A DNA stretch of 63,985 bases, the filler included, from Candidatus Hydrogenedentota bacterium (lineage in GTDB: Bacteria > JBFMHD01): NCBI GenBank assembly GCA_040752395.1. It is 5 parts of 5 records of this genome, joined end to end, with 100 filler letters (N's around TTAATTAATTAA, not from the genome) between each part and the next. Parts side by side here need not be neighbours in the genome. Positions count along the whole stretch, not along the records: positions 36,140 to 45,819 come from JBFMHD010000101.1; positions 45,920 to 55,564 come from JBFMHD010000102.1; 3 more parts are not named here. One strand, written 5' to 3'. Below the pieces are notes generated by a model. The model searched no databases and was not told the DNA's origin. It worked only from the letters and a program-made list of their open reading frames with translations. Made by a program: the position numbers and the translations under genes. Shown here one piece after another: positions 37,025 through 48,032 of the stretch (position 1 is its first letter; every line of letters begins with the position of its first letter).

Positions 37025-38978
37025 CCCTGTATCTCTAACAATTATCACAATTGTTTTTGCACCACTTATCTCTTTTATTGTTTTAATCCTGTGTGGTAAA
37101 AAACTGCCGTTTAGCAGTCACTGGCTTGCTATAATCGCTATTATTATCTCACTTATTCTGTCACTCGTTCTTTTGGGCCATATCCTATTCTTAGACAACC
37201 CTGAGTTTTCTATAAATAAATATTTCACCTGGCTCTCAATAAGCGGGTTTGTCATATCTCATGGTTATCTTCTTGATAATCTGACAGCTGTAATGCTTGT
37301 AATCGTTACTCTTGTCGCATCACTTGTCACTATCTATTCAGTTGGCTATATGCATGGAGATAAAAATTATAACACATTCTTTGCTTATCTCTCAATATTT
37401 GCTTTTTCGATGCTCGGGCTTGTTGTAACTGACAATATTTTCATTCTTTACATCACCTGGGAGCTTGTTGGTCTTTCGAGTTATCTTTTAATAGGTTTCT
37501 GGTTCGAGAAACCAGAGGCTGCGTATGCTGGTAAAAAAGCGTTTATTACAACACGTGTTGGCGATGTCGGAATGTTTATTGGCATACTTTTGATGTATGT
37601 AAACACAGGTGCCACAAGCTATATTGATATATTTAATTCGGTTAAAAACAATACTATCCAGGGAAATCTTTTAACGATTGCCGGGATATTAATCTTTATG
37701 GGTGCTGTTGGTAAAAGTGCTCAGTTCCCGCTACATGTATGGCTGCCAGACGCGATGGAGGGACCAACCCCGGTCTCTGCCCTGATACACGCTGCTACAA
37801 TGGTTGCTGCTGGTGTTTATATGGTTGGCAGACTTTATCCTATATTTACGCCGGATGCTATGCTTGTAATCACTTATATCGGCGGGTTTACTGCGTTTTT
37901 AGCAGCAACAATCGCGCTCGTGCAACGAGATATAAAAAGGGTGCTCGCATATTCAACAATAAGCCAGCTCGGTTATATGATGCTTGGACTGGGCTCTGGT
38001 GGCTATAGCGCAGGACTGTTACATCTTTTCACTCACGCTTCATTTAAAGCCTTGCTCTTCCTCTGTTCAGGCTCTGTGATACATTCGGTTCATACCCAGG
38101 ATATATTTGAGATGGGAAATCTTCGTAAAAAGATGCCTATAACTTTTATAACATTTCTTATCGGAACATTTGCGCTCTGCGGCATACCGCCATTCTCAGG
38201 TTTCTTCTCAAAAGATGCTATACTCTCATCTGCGCTCGCGTTCGCTATCACTAACCCGAAACACTTTATCCCGTTTTTATTCGGTATCTCTACTGCGTTC
38301 CTGACCGCGTTTTATATGTTCAGAGCATTGTATCTGACTTTTTACGGTAAACCAAAAGACCATCATAAATTCGAACATGCACATGAATCACCACCTGTTA
38401 TGACAATACCGCTTGTTATATTTTCGATACTATGTCTCTGGTACGTTGTAACATCAGGTGATTCGTGGTTCCAGAGACTCGTTACTTCAAACAAAATCCA
38501 TATCGACCATCATATCGAGCATATTGCCCATCTCTCTGCTACTTTCTTATCACTTGTTTTTGCAATCTCTGGTATTGTGCTTGCTACTTTATTTTATCTG
38601 AAACCACTTTTCTCTCCCCAAAAGACAGCTGAAAGATTCCAGATAATCTACAACCTGCTTGTAAAAAAATACTATCTTGACGAAATCTATCTCTGGCTTA
38701 TCCGTATCCTGATTTTCACATTTGTATATCTTTTTACAAAATTTGATTTAAAAGTAATCGATGGTATAATAGATGGCTCTGCAAAGACAACTGCAGATAC
38801 CTCTTTTGAAACAGTAAAATTCGACAATGCAGTTGTTGATGGGATGGTCAATGGTGTTGCGGACGGCACTTTCGATTTCGGTAATAAATTAAGATTTATC
38901 CAGACAGGCCAGGTCCAGTTTTATTTAAGTTTAGGCCTCGGCTTTGTTCTTTTTGTAATTTTATGGAGGCTGATCTGA
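37002..38978 (+). CDS. nuoL: NADH-quinone oxidoreductase subunit L
   Basis: GKSAQFPLHVWLPDAMEGPTPVSALIHAATMV. Confidence 0.96.
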   Translation: MLNLLNIDPVSLTIITIVFAPLISFIVLILCGKKLPFSSHWLAIIAIIISLILSLVLLGHILFLDNPEFSINKYFTWLSISGFVISHGYLLDNLTAVMLVIVTLVASLVTIYSVGYMHGDKNYNTFFAYLSIFAFSMLGLVVTDNIFILYITWELVGLSSYLLIGFWFEKPEAAYAGKKAFITTRVGDVGMFIGILLMYVNTGATSYIDIFNSVKNNTIQGNLLTIAGILIFMGAVGKSAQFPLHVWLPDAMEGPTPVSALIHAATMVAAGVYMVGRLYPIFTPDAMLVITYIGGFTAFLAATIALVQRDIKRVLAYSTISQLGYMMLGLGSGGYSAGLLHLFTHASFKALLFLCSGSVIHSVHTQDIFEMGNLRKKMPITFITFLIGTFALCGIPPFSGFFSKDAILSSALAFAITNPKHFIPFLFGISTAFLTAFYMFRALYLTFYGKPKDHHKFEHAHESPPVMTIPLVIFSILCLWYVVTSGDSWFQRLVTSNKIHIDHHIEHIAHLSATFLSLVFAISGIVLATLFYLKPLFSPQKTAERFQIIYNLLVKKYYLDEIYLWLIRILIFTFVYLFTKFDLKVIDGIIDGSAKTTADTSFETVKFDNAVVDGMVNGVADGTFDFGNKLRFIQTGQVQFYLSLGLGFVLFVILWRLI

Positions 38979-38979
38979 T

Positions 38980-40431
38980 ATGGAACATTTATTAACATTT
39001 ATAATCTTTATCCCAACCATAGGTGCACTTTTTTTACTTCTTATCCCTGAAAAAAAAGAGAAAATAATTAAAATCACAGCAACTGCTATATCTTTTATCC
39101 CGCTTCTATTGAGTCTGCCACTACTACTTAGATTCGATTCAAGTACCTCAGCATTCCAGTTCGTTGAAAAATACAACTGGATACCAATGTTTAATATAAA
39201 ATATTATGTTGCAGTTGATGGTATCTCGATTACTATGGTTATCCTTACAACCTTGCTCTCATTTTTATCAGTAATCGCTTCGTTTGGAATAAACAAATCA
39301 TTAAAAGGATATTTCTCATTATTTCTTCTACTTGAGACAGGGATGCTTGGCACTTTCTGTGCGCTTGATTTCTTTTTATTTTATATTTTCTGGGAGCTTA
39401 TGCTTTTACCGATGTATTTCTTAATCGGGATTTGGGGTGGCCCCCGTAAAGAATATGCTGCTATAAAGTTTTTCCTTTATACTCTTCTTGGCAGTGTCTT
39501 TATGCTGATTGTAATGATTGTGATGTATTTAAAAACAGGCTCGTTTGATTTAACAGAACTTCCAAAATTTAAATTCTCATTCTTCTTTCAGTGTATCGCA
39601 TTCATTTTTTTATACATAGCATTTGCAATTAAGGTGCCTGTGTTCCCGTTTCATACCTGGCTACCTGATGCTCACGTTGAAGCACCAACCGCTATCTCTG
39701 TTATTCTTGCCGGGATATTGCTTAAAATGGGTATCTATGGTTTTATGCGGATATCGTTCCCTATATTACCACATGCAGCGATATATTTTGCGTTCCCATT
39801 TGCTGTGCTCGGAGTTATTAACATTATATACGGCGCATTATGTTCTATGGGTCAGACTGATTTTAAACGGCTTGTAGCATATTCTTCAGTGAGTCATATG
39901 GGTTATTGTCTGCTTGGTATGGCTTCATTAAATCAAGCTGGTATGAACGGTGCTCTGCTTCAGATGTTTAATCACGGGACAATCACTGGTATGCTGTTTT
40001 TAATTGTCGGTGTTGTTTATGACCGCGTGCATCACAGAGATATCAATGGTTTTGGTGGGCTTGCAACCCAGATGCCGATATATTCAGGGATAACCTCGCT
40101 TGCTATGTTCGCTTCGCTTGGACTCCCGGGTTTATCAGGGTTTATCTCTGAAGTGCTTGTTCTATTTGGAGGGTTTGCAAAATTTCGGGTACTCACTGTG
40201 CTCGCATCAACAGGCATCGTCTTAACTGCCGGCTATTTCTTATGGACTATTGAACGAATGTTTCTTGGTAAACCAAACCCAAAATATAACCAGATCGAGG
40301 AAATAAATGCTCGAGAATTATTCACTCTTATACCGCTTCTTATAATCGTTATATTTGTCGGAATATATCCAACAGCTATATTGAAACTTATGGATATCTC
40401 TTTGCTTAACCTCATCTCAATGGTTAAATGA
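38980..40431 (+). CDS. nuoM: NADH-quinone oxidoreductase subunit M
   Basis: FPFHTWLPDAHVEAPT and LVAYSSVSHMG. Confidence 0.96.
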   Translation: MEHLLTFIIFIPTIGALFLLLIPEKKEKIIKITATAISFIPLLLSLPLLLRFDSSTSAFQFVEKYNWIPMFNIKYYVAVDGISITMVILTTLLSFLSVIASFGINKSLKGYFSLFLLLETGMLGTFCALDFFLFYIFWELMLLPMYFLIGIWGGPRKEYAAIKFFLYTLLGSVFMLIVMIVMYLKTGSFDLTELPKFKFSFFFQCIAFIFLYIAFAIKVPVFPFHTWLPDAHVEAPTAISVILAGILLKMGIYGFMRISFPILPHAAIYFAFPFAVLGVINIIYGALCSMGQTDFKRLVAYSSVSHMGYCLLGMASLNQAGMNGALLQMFNHGTITGMLFLIVGVVYDRVHHRDINGFGGLATQMPIYSGITSLAMFASLGLPGLSGFISEVLVLFGGFAKFRVLTVLASTGIVLTAGYFLWTIERMFLGKPNPKYNQIEEINARELFTLIPLLIIVIFVGIYPTAILKLMDISLLNLISMVK

Positions 40432-40495
40432 AGGTTCAAGGACTTTCTTGATACTTCTTACTTCTTCCTCACATATAGTGAGGTAAGGTTACTTT

Positions 40496-41962
40496 ATGAG
40501 AGACTGGATATCTGAGAACACTTTATCGCTTATTCTTATCTCACCTGAACTCATACTATCACTTATTATTTTGAGTTTTATATTAATCTGTATCGTAATA
40601 GATAGAAATAGAAGAAAACAGATTGTAATACCTTTATCTATTTTAGGGCTATCAATTTATGGTTTATCTTTGCTTTGTTTATCAAATAAAATTACTACAC
40701 TGCCTGCATTTGGTGGTTTATTAACAATCGATACTTTTGGGATATATTTTAAAATCACTGTATCAATAGCAACAGTAATAACTTTTATAATCTCAGTCCC
40801 ATCAAAAGAGATAAAATCTGAACGATTTGCAGAATACACGATATTTTTATTCACAGCCCTTCTGGGAATCTCGTTTCTTGTTTCTTCAACCCATTTTCTT
40901 ATGCTCTATCTATCACTTGAGATATTATCAATCCCTTGCTATCTACTTGCAACATTTTCATTGGACAAGAAATCATCAGAATCCGGGTTAAAATATATGG
41001 TTTACGGCGCTGCATCAACTGGTATAATGCTTTTTGGTATGAGTCTTATATATGGTAGAACCGCATCATTAGACCTTTTTGAGATAAGTGGTTCACTTTC
41101 AAGTTCCTTGATCTCATCTGATTTAGCTGTAACACTTGGTCTTATATTTATTTTAATCGGACTCGGTTACAAGACAGGTTTTTTTCCGTTTCATATGTGG
41201 GTCCCTGATGTATTCGAGGGTGCACCAACACCGGTTACCGCCTTCTTCTCAGTCGCTCCAAAAACAGCATCAATTGCAGTAATTGCAAGACTATTTATGC
41301 AAATTTTAGACCCTTGTTCTAAATACGGGAACGTAGATTGGCCTATGTTATTTGCTGTTATCTCTGCTATAACAATGAGTATCGGCAACCTCTGTGCGCT
41401 CCCTCAGACAGATGTAAAACGGCTTCTTGCTTATTCTTCAATAGCCCATATCGGATATATCTTTATGGGGCTGGCAGTCCCTGAAATCTTTGGTATGTTC
41501 GCAATCAATTTTTATATATTTGTTTACACCCTTATGAACATCGGTGCATTTTCAGTTGTTTCAGTATTGGGTAAATCCGGTATAAACGAGTTCAATGGTT
41601 TTGGTAGGAAGTCTCCTCTTCTTTCTGTTGCTATGACTGTATTTTTATTCTCGCTTACAGGTATACCACCGCTTGCAGGTTTTATAGGGAAATATTATTT
41701 ATTCATCTCAGTTCTTAATATCAAGATGTACTGGCTTGTATTACTTGCTGTATTAAACAGTGTCGTATCATTATATTATTATGCGAGGATAATAAAAGCG
41801 ATGTATTTTGAAGTCTCAGAAACTGACTCTTTATTTGTAGCTCCATTCTATATAAAGTTCACCATCTTTTTGATAATGCTTTTAGTTTTTATTCTTGGTA
41901 TCTACTGGGTCCCGCTTATTTACTTTGTTAACTTATCTTTAAGTTACCATTTCACGTTCTAA
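40496..41962 (+). CDS. nuoN: NADH-quinone oxidoreductase subunit N
   Basis: PFHMWVPDVFEGAPTPV and KRLLAYSSIAH. Confidence 0.95.
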   Translation: MRDWISENTLSLILISPELILSLIILSFILICIVIDRNRRKQIVIPLSILGLSIYGLSLLCLSNKITTLPAFGGLLTIDTFGIYFKITVSIATVITFIISVPSKEIKSERFAEYTIFLFTALLGISFLVSSTHFLMLYLSLEILSIPCYLLATFSLDKKSSESGLKYMVYGAASTGIMLFGMSLIYGRTASLDLFEISGSLSSSLISSDLAVTLGLIFILIGLGYKTGFFPFHMWVPDVFEGAPTPVTAFFSVAPKTASIAVIARLFMQILDPCSKYGNVDWPMLFAVISAITMSIGNLCALPQTDVKRLLAYSSIAHIGYIFMGLAVPEIFGMFAINFYIFVYTLMNIGAFSVVSVLGKSGINEFNGFGRKSPLLSVAMTVFLFSLTGIPPLAGFIGKYYLFISVLNIKMYWLVLLAVLNSVVSLYYYARIIKAMYFEVSETDSLFVAPFYIKFTIFLIMLLVFILGIYWVPLIYFVNLSLSYHFTF

Positions 41963-42021
41963 AGCCATTCTTCACTTTGTAGGATTCATCAGTGAGGTTT
42001 CAATAAAAACTGCCTGCCTAC

Positions 42022-42510
42022 TTACCCCAAAAGAGACAAAGGTGAAGTATCGATTTTTTTGATGTCTAATAAATCTTTGGAACGTGCTGCTATTTTTTTC
42101 AGTTTTATAAGGTCTTTTTTAGATATAAAATTAACCTCTACTTTGTCTATCAAAATTGTGTTGCGCCTTTTATAGCATAGCGTAAATTTTTTATATCGAA
42201 TATTACTGGAGAATATATCAAGCGGGATATCGGTTTCATTCAGGCGAAATTTGTTTAGTTTGAACTTTTTAAACAATTCAACAGGCCTGTATATTCTATC
42301 TAAAACAGCAATTTTATTCTTGTCTTTTATATATTCGAGTTCATATAAAGCATCTACTAACCTTTCAAGATTATCCCTGCTGCTGTTTACCCACACATCA
42401 TGGTCGTAAGTAACTCTATCTCCACCGTAAATATTGACCGCATCTCCTCCTATGACAAGATAATCAACACTGTGTTTGTTGAATACCTTGCAAATTGCCT
42501 GCAGTTCCAT
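42022..42510 (-). CDS. Putative nucleotidyltransferase
   Basis: YLVIGGDAV..G..RVTYDHD and K..AARSKDLLD. Confidence 0.8.
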   Translation of the reverse strand: MELQAICKVFNKHSVDYLVIGGDAVNIYGGDRVTYDHDVWVNSSRDNLERLVDALYELEYIKDKNKIAVLDRIYRPVELFKKFKLNKFRLNETDIPLDIFSSNIRYKKFTLCYKRRNTILIDKVEVNFISKKDLIKLKKIAARSKDLLDIKKIDTSPLSLLG

Positions 42511-42514
42511 AAAC

Positions 42515-42748
42515 TCATCTTATCTTTATAAAATTTTTGTAATCGTTAGACGCAAAATGTTTACCTTTTGAAAACTTATCCTTGATACCCGCAGATTTTC
42601 TGAGTTCAATTAATTCTTTTTGACGTTCTTTCATTACTTTTATTTTTTTATTTGCGGATAACTCAGACCACCATTTTGTATTGTTTTTTTCATCGTTGTA
42701 GTCACTATATGAAATTACTCTCACAGCTCTATTTTTAATTTTTTTCAT
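42515..42748 (-). CDS. Small hypothetical protein, probable partner of the nucleotidyltransferase
   Basis: WWSELSANKKI; GAGG RBS with probable ATT start; 4 nt from the NTase start. Confidence 0.55.
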   Translation of the reverse strand: MKKIKNRAVRVISYSDYNDEKNNTKWWSELSANKKIKVMKERQKELIELRKSAGIKDKFSKGKHFASNDYKNFIKIR

Positions 42749-42946
42749 TAATTAAGCACCTCTATGTCATGTACGTCGTCAGGCGTTTTCGGAATAAAAG
42801 CTGAATTTCCTAATGTATAGTTTTTAGGCGACCAATCGGTTATCAATATAAACATTTCTGGTTTTATTGTAAAGTTTTTTAAAGATATACTTTCTTTGCC
42901 TTAATGTTTTAAACTTAATCTGCTGTCTGCATAATAATATCTTTTC

Positions 42947-44404
42947 TCAAACTGCCCCTACTCTAATGAGATGTAATATATAAACTGAAAGATATTTTGG
43001 ATCAAAAGTAATCTGGTTGAAAGAAGAAGAAATGTCTTTTTTGTAATCTAAAGGATTAAAGGTAAAAATAATATTTCTTGTGGACTCCGGAATATAAATC
43101 GTACCAGTTCTTTTATATTTTTCGGAAAATATCTGTGTTCCCAGAGGCCTTCTATAAAAAGATGGGGTGCATTTTTTATAGACCTCATCTATATGAAACA
43201 CTCTGTATCGAGGTAAAAAATATGTGAGATTTATAAAACCAAAATAATAATTCTCATCACCTATAATAACAGTATCAGTACCGTAATTTAGTTTTATATA
43301 CTCTGTCATCCTTATCTGCAATTTCGATATTCTGTTGATAAACGCAAAACTATAATGGGAAGGAACAAAAAGATAATAACAAATGCCCGGGATAAAAACG
43401 ATAAAACTAATAATTTTTTTCACCCTCGTTTTGTAATTTGAAATAATAGACGATAAATAAACACTAATCGGTATAAATAACCACAACATATAACCCGCAT
43501 CGTTTAAATGAACAAATAAATAAAATATTAATGCCGGCATAAACAAAATGCCCCAGAAAATAATATCATTCTTTATTTCTAACTTTTTAAAAAAGGAAGC
43601 AGTTGTTCTAATCTTTGTATAAATATCCAAAAAAAGAATAAAAAATCCAACTGGAGTTAATGTAAAAAACCCTATTATTAACATCCCAAAATTATGAGTT
43701 AACGGTATCTTTACGGTGTGCGAAAATAAAAGTTCCGAAACAGTTTTAAAGTATGATAAAATTCCACCTGAAATAATAAAAAGAGGTATAAACCATAAAC
43801 ATATACCGATAAAAAATAAACCTATACCAAGTAGTTTGTATATCTTTTTGAAAGAAGAATAATATAATATAAAAATATAAAGTGGTAGTAAAAGAACCAT
43901 ATCCTGCTGTCTAACACCGCCACTTATGCCTAATAATAAAGAAGAAAACAAAAGAAAACGCTTCTCTCTAAAACAAATATAAAATAAATATAAAATAATA
44001 TTAAAAAGTAAACATACAAAGATATAGGGTCGAACCTGATTTATATAATATAAAAAAATTGGTGAAGAAAATAAAATAGAATAAATTATATTTATCGATA
44101 TCTGATATCTTTCTGTATATTTTTTCATTAAAAATATCAAAAATATAAAAGAGAGGTAGTTTAATAATATATAGCTCCAAAAAGGCTCTCTTATTATAAA
44201 AAAAATAATTTTAGTTGCCACGATATAAAAAATATATCCTGGTGCCTGGGGTTGAGACCCTGATATATCAAAATAATCCAATGCACGAATATATAATATA
44301 GAATCCCAGTGTACGGGATATGGTATAAGTGTTTGCAACAAGCAGAATAACAAGAATATAGATATTAATAATAAAATTAAATTAAATATTTTATTGTAAA
44401 GCAT
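42947..44404 (-). CDS. Multi-pass membrane protein, GT-C (ArnT/PMT-like) glycosyltransferase candidate
   Basis: WDS..Y, PQAPGY and GVRQ motifs; about 10 TM segments. Confidence 0.7.
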   Translation of the reverse strand: MLYNKIFNLILLLISIFLLFCLLQTLIPYPVHWDSILYIRALDYFDISGSQPQAPGYIFYIVATKIIFFIIREPFWSYILLNYLSFIFLIFLMKKYTERYQISINIIYSILFSSPIFLYYINQVRPYIFVCLLFNIILYLFYICFREKRFLLFSSLLLGISGGVRQQDMVLLLPLYIFILYYSSFKKIYKLLGIGLFFIGICLWFIPLFIISGGILSYFKTVSELLFSHTVKIPLTHNFGMLIIGFFTLTPVGFFILFLDIYTKIRTTASFFKKLEIKNDIIFWGILFMPALIFYLFVHLNDAGYMLWLFIPISVYLSSIISNYKTRVKKIISFIVFIPGICYYLFVPSHYSFAFINRISKLQIRMTEYIKLNYGTDTVIIGDENYYFGFINLTYFLPRYRVFHIDEVYKKCTPSFYRRPLGTQIFSEKYKRTGTIYIPESTRNIIFTFNPLDYKKDISSSFNQITFDPKYLSVYILHLIRVGAV

Positions 44405-44481
44405 TGCTTTTTAGTTTTAACCACGTGGTCTTTATAAACCTATTTGTATTCTATCCGCTATAAGTGGAATTATCTATTTTT

Positions 44482-45603
44482 TTATGCTGGCAAGCAGGCT
44501 ATTTTCCTGTCATCCTCAATACTGAATATCTGAGCTTTAGACATATCAAAAACCAGGTCTATCTGATCATTTACCTCTGCCTGGTCATCACCACTTACTC
44601 TTGCGGTTAACATATGCTTGCCAGTTGTCAGGTGTAAATAAACCTCAGCGCCCATAGGTTCAACAATTTCTACGGTTGCTCTGACTGTATGTTCTGGTGG
44701 TGCATCAGGCATAAAAACTTTATCAAAAATATTTTCAGGTCGGATACCGAGCGTAACCTGTCTTGACTTAAGGTTTAGTTCTCTTAATTTATTAGCCATC
44801 TCTGGTAAAACTCTTACTCTGAACGTACCTTCATTTAAATAAACATTCCCACTCTCTTCCTCAACAGTTGTCGTTATAAAATTCATAGGCGGCGTACCTA
44901 TAAAACCAGCAACAAATTTATTAACAGGATTTTTATATAAGTCAATAGGCGCATCGGTCTGTTGTATTATACCATCCTTCATAACAACAATTTTGGTACC
45001 CATGGTCATAGCTTCTATCTGGTCATGGGTCACGTAAATCATTGTAGCTTGAAGCCTTGTATGTAATTTAGACAACTCTGCTCTCATCTGCACCCTTAAT
45101 TTAGCATCAAGATTGGATAACGGTTCATCAAATAAGAATACTTTTGGTTTTCTTACGATGGCTCTACCCACAGCGACCCGCTGCCGCTGACCGCCGGATA
45201 AAGCTTTTGGTTTTCGGTCTAAAAGTTCAGAGAGTCCGAGTGTCTCTGCTGCTTCTTTTACGCGTCTGTCAATCTCATCTTTCGGGAATTTTCGAAGTTT
45301 TAAACCAAATGCCATATTATCATAAACAGACATATGCGGATACAACGCATAGTTCTGAAAGACCATTGCTATATCTCGGTCTTTAGGAGGAACATCATTT
45401 ACAATTTTGTCATCAATATAAATTTCACCTTTTGTTATATCCTCTAACCCTGCTACCATTCTTAAAGTAGTTGATTTCCCGCAACCAGAAGGTCCAACCA
45501 GAATAACAAACTCCTTATCCTCAACATTTATATTTGCATCTTTAACTGCTTCGACGTTCCCTTCATATATTTTCCATACATTATTTAATCTCACGGTTGA
45601 CAT
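44482..45603 (-). CDS. Carbohydrate ABC ATP-binding protein (MalK/MsmX/UgpC family)
   Basis: GPSGCGKST, VFQNYALYPH, LSGGQRQR, DEPLSNLD; TOBE-like C-terminus. Confidence 0.96.
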   Translation of the reverse strand: MSTVRLNNVWKIYEGNVEAVKDANINVEDKEFVILVGPSGCGKSTTLRMVAGLEDITKGEIYIDDKIVNDVPPKDRDIAMVFQNYALYPHMSVYDNMAFGLKLRKFPKDEIDRRVKEAAETLGLSELLDRKPKALSGGQRQRVAVGRAIVRKPKVFLFDEPLSNLDAKLRVQMRAELSKLHTRLQATMIYVTHDQIEAMTMGTKIVVMKDGIIQQTDAPIDLYKNPVNKFVAGFIGTPPMNFITTTVEEESGNVYLNEGTFRVRVLPEMANKLRELNLKSRQVTLGIRPENIFDKVFMPDAPPEHTVRATVEIVEPMGAEVYLHLTTGKHMLTARVSGDDQAEVNDQIDLVFDMSKAQIFSIEDDRKIACLPA

Positions 45604-45610
45604 AAAAGCC

Positions 45611-45819
45611 CTCCTCTGAAAAACATTGTAACTATAATAATATCAAGTAGAAGCAAGAGGCAAGATAACGGAAAGAAAGATAACGAAAGAAACAAGAAGC
45701 AAGATAACGGAAGAAGTGAGAGGTGTCAGGACGGGCTACAGGCTACGGACTACAGCCGGCTGGAGCCAAAAGCCCAGAGCCTGCTGAAAAGTCTTGAGTC
45801 TTGAGTCTTGAGTCCTGTT
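45611..45819 (-). repeat. Modular repeat copy R17, truncated by the contig end
   Basis: GACTCAA, GGCT/TAGCC, ACTTC, duplicated GTTATCTT blocks; cap 7 nt before the ATG. Confidence 0.92.
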
Positions 45820-45919
45820 NNNNNNNNNNNNNNNNNNNNNNNNNNNNNNNNNNNNNNNNNNNNTTAATTAATTAANNNNNNNNNNNNNNNNNNNNNNNNN
45901 NNNNNNNNNNNNNNNNNNN
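45820..45919. other. Artificial contig spacer
   Basis: N-run with TTAATTAATTAA. Confidence 0.99.
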
Positions 45920-46193
45920 GTACTGCAAAAGGCTTGGCGGAACTTGAATAAACAAGGAGCGTCAGGGATAGACAGACAAAGTATCAAAGAGATAGAGGAA
46001 AATGGAGTAGATGAATTTCTGAAAGGGATACAGGAAGAATTGAAAGATGAAAGTTATCGGAAAGCCGTGAGAGGGAAAACTTCAAGCACGGTTTGATGAG
46101 GGGGTGCTGGAGACAGTATGAATGTTAAGTGCTTAACTGGTCGCTTGCGACGTATCACTAACAATATCCTACTGCGCCAGCGCTCTACTCTAC
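45920..46193 (+). mobile_element. Group II intron 3' remnant: RT-0 fragment joined to domains V and VI
   Basis: VLQKAWRNLNKQGASGIDRQS..IQEELKDESYR, then AAAGCCGTGAGAGGGAAAACTTCAAGCACGGTTT (DV, AGC triad) and GTGCTGG..CCAGCGCTCTACTCTAC (DVI and 3' end). Confidence 0.88.
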
Positions 46194-46276
46194 AGAGTGA
46201 ATGCAAAATGCAAAATTTGTCTCATTATTAATGCAGAGGTCAATAGAAAATATTACAAAGTTTGAAAATTAAGTGA

Positions 46277-48013
46277 ATGAAAATGGATGATTATCAATAC
46301 AAGTCTTTTATAGATGTGATTATAGAGAATGATTTAAAAACCGGCAAATACAATGGTCGTGTCGTTACGCGGTTCCCGCCTGAACCTAATGGGTATTTAC
46401 ATATAGGGCATGCTAAATCTATTTGTCTTAATTTCGGGTTAGCAAAAAGATATAATGGTGTCTGTCATTTACGATTTGATGATACGAACCCTACAAAGGA
46501 GGATATTGAGTACATAGAATCAATAAAACGAGATGTTAAATGGCTGGGGTTTGATTGGGTGGAGAGGGTGTTTTATGCTTCAGATTATTTTCAACACTTA
46601 TATGATTATGCGATACAACTGATTAAAGATGGTAAGGCTTATGTTTGTGATTTAAGTATGGATGAGATACGAGAAACACGAGGTACTTTAACAGAGCCGG
46701 GCAAAGAGAGCGTTTATAGAGACAGGTCTATTGATGAAAATTTAAATTTGTTTAAGCGGATGGAAAGAGGAGAATTTAAAGAAGGAGAATGCGTATTACG
46801 TGCAAAGGTTGATATGAGCTCTGGCAACGTAAATATGAGGGACCCGGTTATGTATCGTATCTTACATCAACCACATCATAGAACAGGCGATAAATGGTGT
46901 ATATATCCGATGTATGATTTTGCTCATTGTATTTCTGATTCTATAGAAAAGATTACACATTCGATCTGTACTCTGGAGTTTGAGGACCATCGGCCGTTGT
47001 ACGACTGGTTTCTTGATGAATTGAAAATTTATCATCCCAGGCAGATAGAATTTGCGCGACTGAATCTTACTTGTACTGTTTTAAGTAAACGAAAATTATT
47101 AGAACTTGTTGAAAAAGGTTATGTGAGGGGCTGGGATGACCCGAGAATGCCCACAATAGCTGGATTACGGCGCAGGGGATATACACCTGAAGCCATCAGA
47201 GATTTTTGTGAACGGATAGGTGTAGCAAAAAGTAACAGTACAGTTGACATAGCATTACTTGAGCATTGTATCCGTGAGGAATTAAATAAACGTGCTCCCA
47301 GAATTATGGCTGTATTAAGACCTTTGAAAGTGGTTATAGATAATTATCCTTTTGACAAAGAGGAATTTCTCGATGCTGAAAACAACCCTGAAGACCCGGG
47401 AATGGGATCACGTAAAGTTCTGTTTTCAAAAGTAATATACATAGAGAGAGAAGATTTTATGGAAGAGCCTCCAGAGAATTTTTTTAGATTATCACCCGGT
47501 AAAGAGGTTCGCTTAAAAAACGCCTACTACATCAAATGTAATGACGTTGTTAAAAATCCAAAAACAGAAGAGGTTATTGAACTACATTGCACCTATGACC
47601 CTGAGACAAAAGGTGGTTGGTCAGCTGATGGACGGAAGGTAAAGGGGACTCTTCACTGGGTTTCTGCTAAACGATTTATAAAAGCCGAAGTTCGGTTATA
47701 TGACTATTTATTTTTAAAACCCAATCCTGACGAAAACTGGAACACATCTGATATTGCAGCAAATTTAAATCCAAATTCTTTAATTGTACTTGATTCCTGT
47801 TTAGTTGAACAAAGTCTAAAAGATGCGAAACCGGGTGATAGATTTCAGTTTTTAAGACATGGTTATTTTTGTGTGGATTCAGATTCTACAAAAGAGAGGC
47901 TTGTATTCAACCGTATTGTTGTTTTACGCGATAGCTGGAAGAAACGCGGGGAAGACCAGGTTGTAAAAATTCAATCAAAGACTGATGGGGATGCGTTGAT
48001 AGAAGGTATGTAA
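46277..48013 (+). CDS. glnS: Glutamine--tRNA ligase
   Basis: [23 protein letters not shown] and WDDPRMPT. Confidence 0.97.
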   Translation: MKMDDYQYKSFIDVIIENDLKTGKYNGRVVTRFPPEPNGYLHIGHAKSICLNFGLAKRYNGVCHLRFDDTNPTKEDIEYIESIKRDVKWLGFDWVERVFYASDYFQHLYDYAIQLIKDGKAYVCDLSMDEIRETRGTLTEPGKESVYRDRSIDENLNLFKRMERGEFKEGECVLRAKVDMSSGNVNMRDPVMYRILHQPHHRTGDKWCIYPMYDFAHCISDSIEKITHSICTLEFEDHRPLYDWFLDELKIYHPRQIEFARLNLTCTVLSKRKLLELVEKGYVRGWDDPRMPTIAGLRRRGYTPEAIRDFCERIGVAKSNSTVDIALLEHCIREELNKRAPRIMAVLRPLKVVIDNYPFDKEEFLDAENNPEDPGMGSRKVLFSKVIYIEREDFMEEPPENFFRLSPGKEVRLKNAYYIKCNDVVKNPKTEEVIELHCTYDPETKGGWSADGRKVKGTLHWVSAKRFIKAEVRLYDYLFLKPNPDENWNTSDIAANLNPNSLIVLDSCLVEQSLKDAKPGDRFQFLRHGYFCVDSDSTKERLVFNRIVVLRDSWKKRGEDQVVKIQSKTDGDALIEGM

Positions 48014-48032
48014 GTTTTAGAGACTTAAAGGT

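Noticed and set aside
45920..46193. RT fragment as a DGR or retron
   Set aside because: Clear group II intron DV/DVI, no catalytic YxDD region and no TR/VR pair seen.
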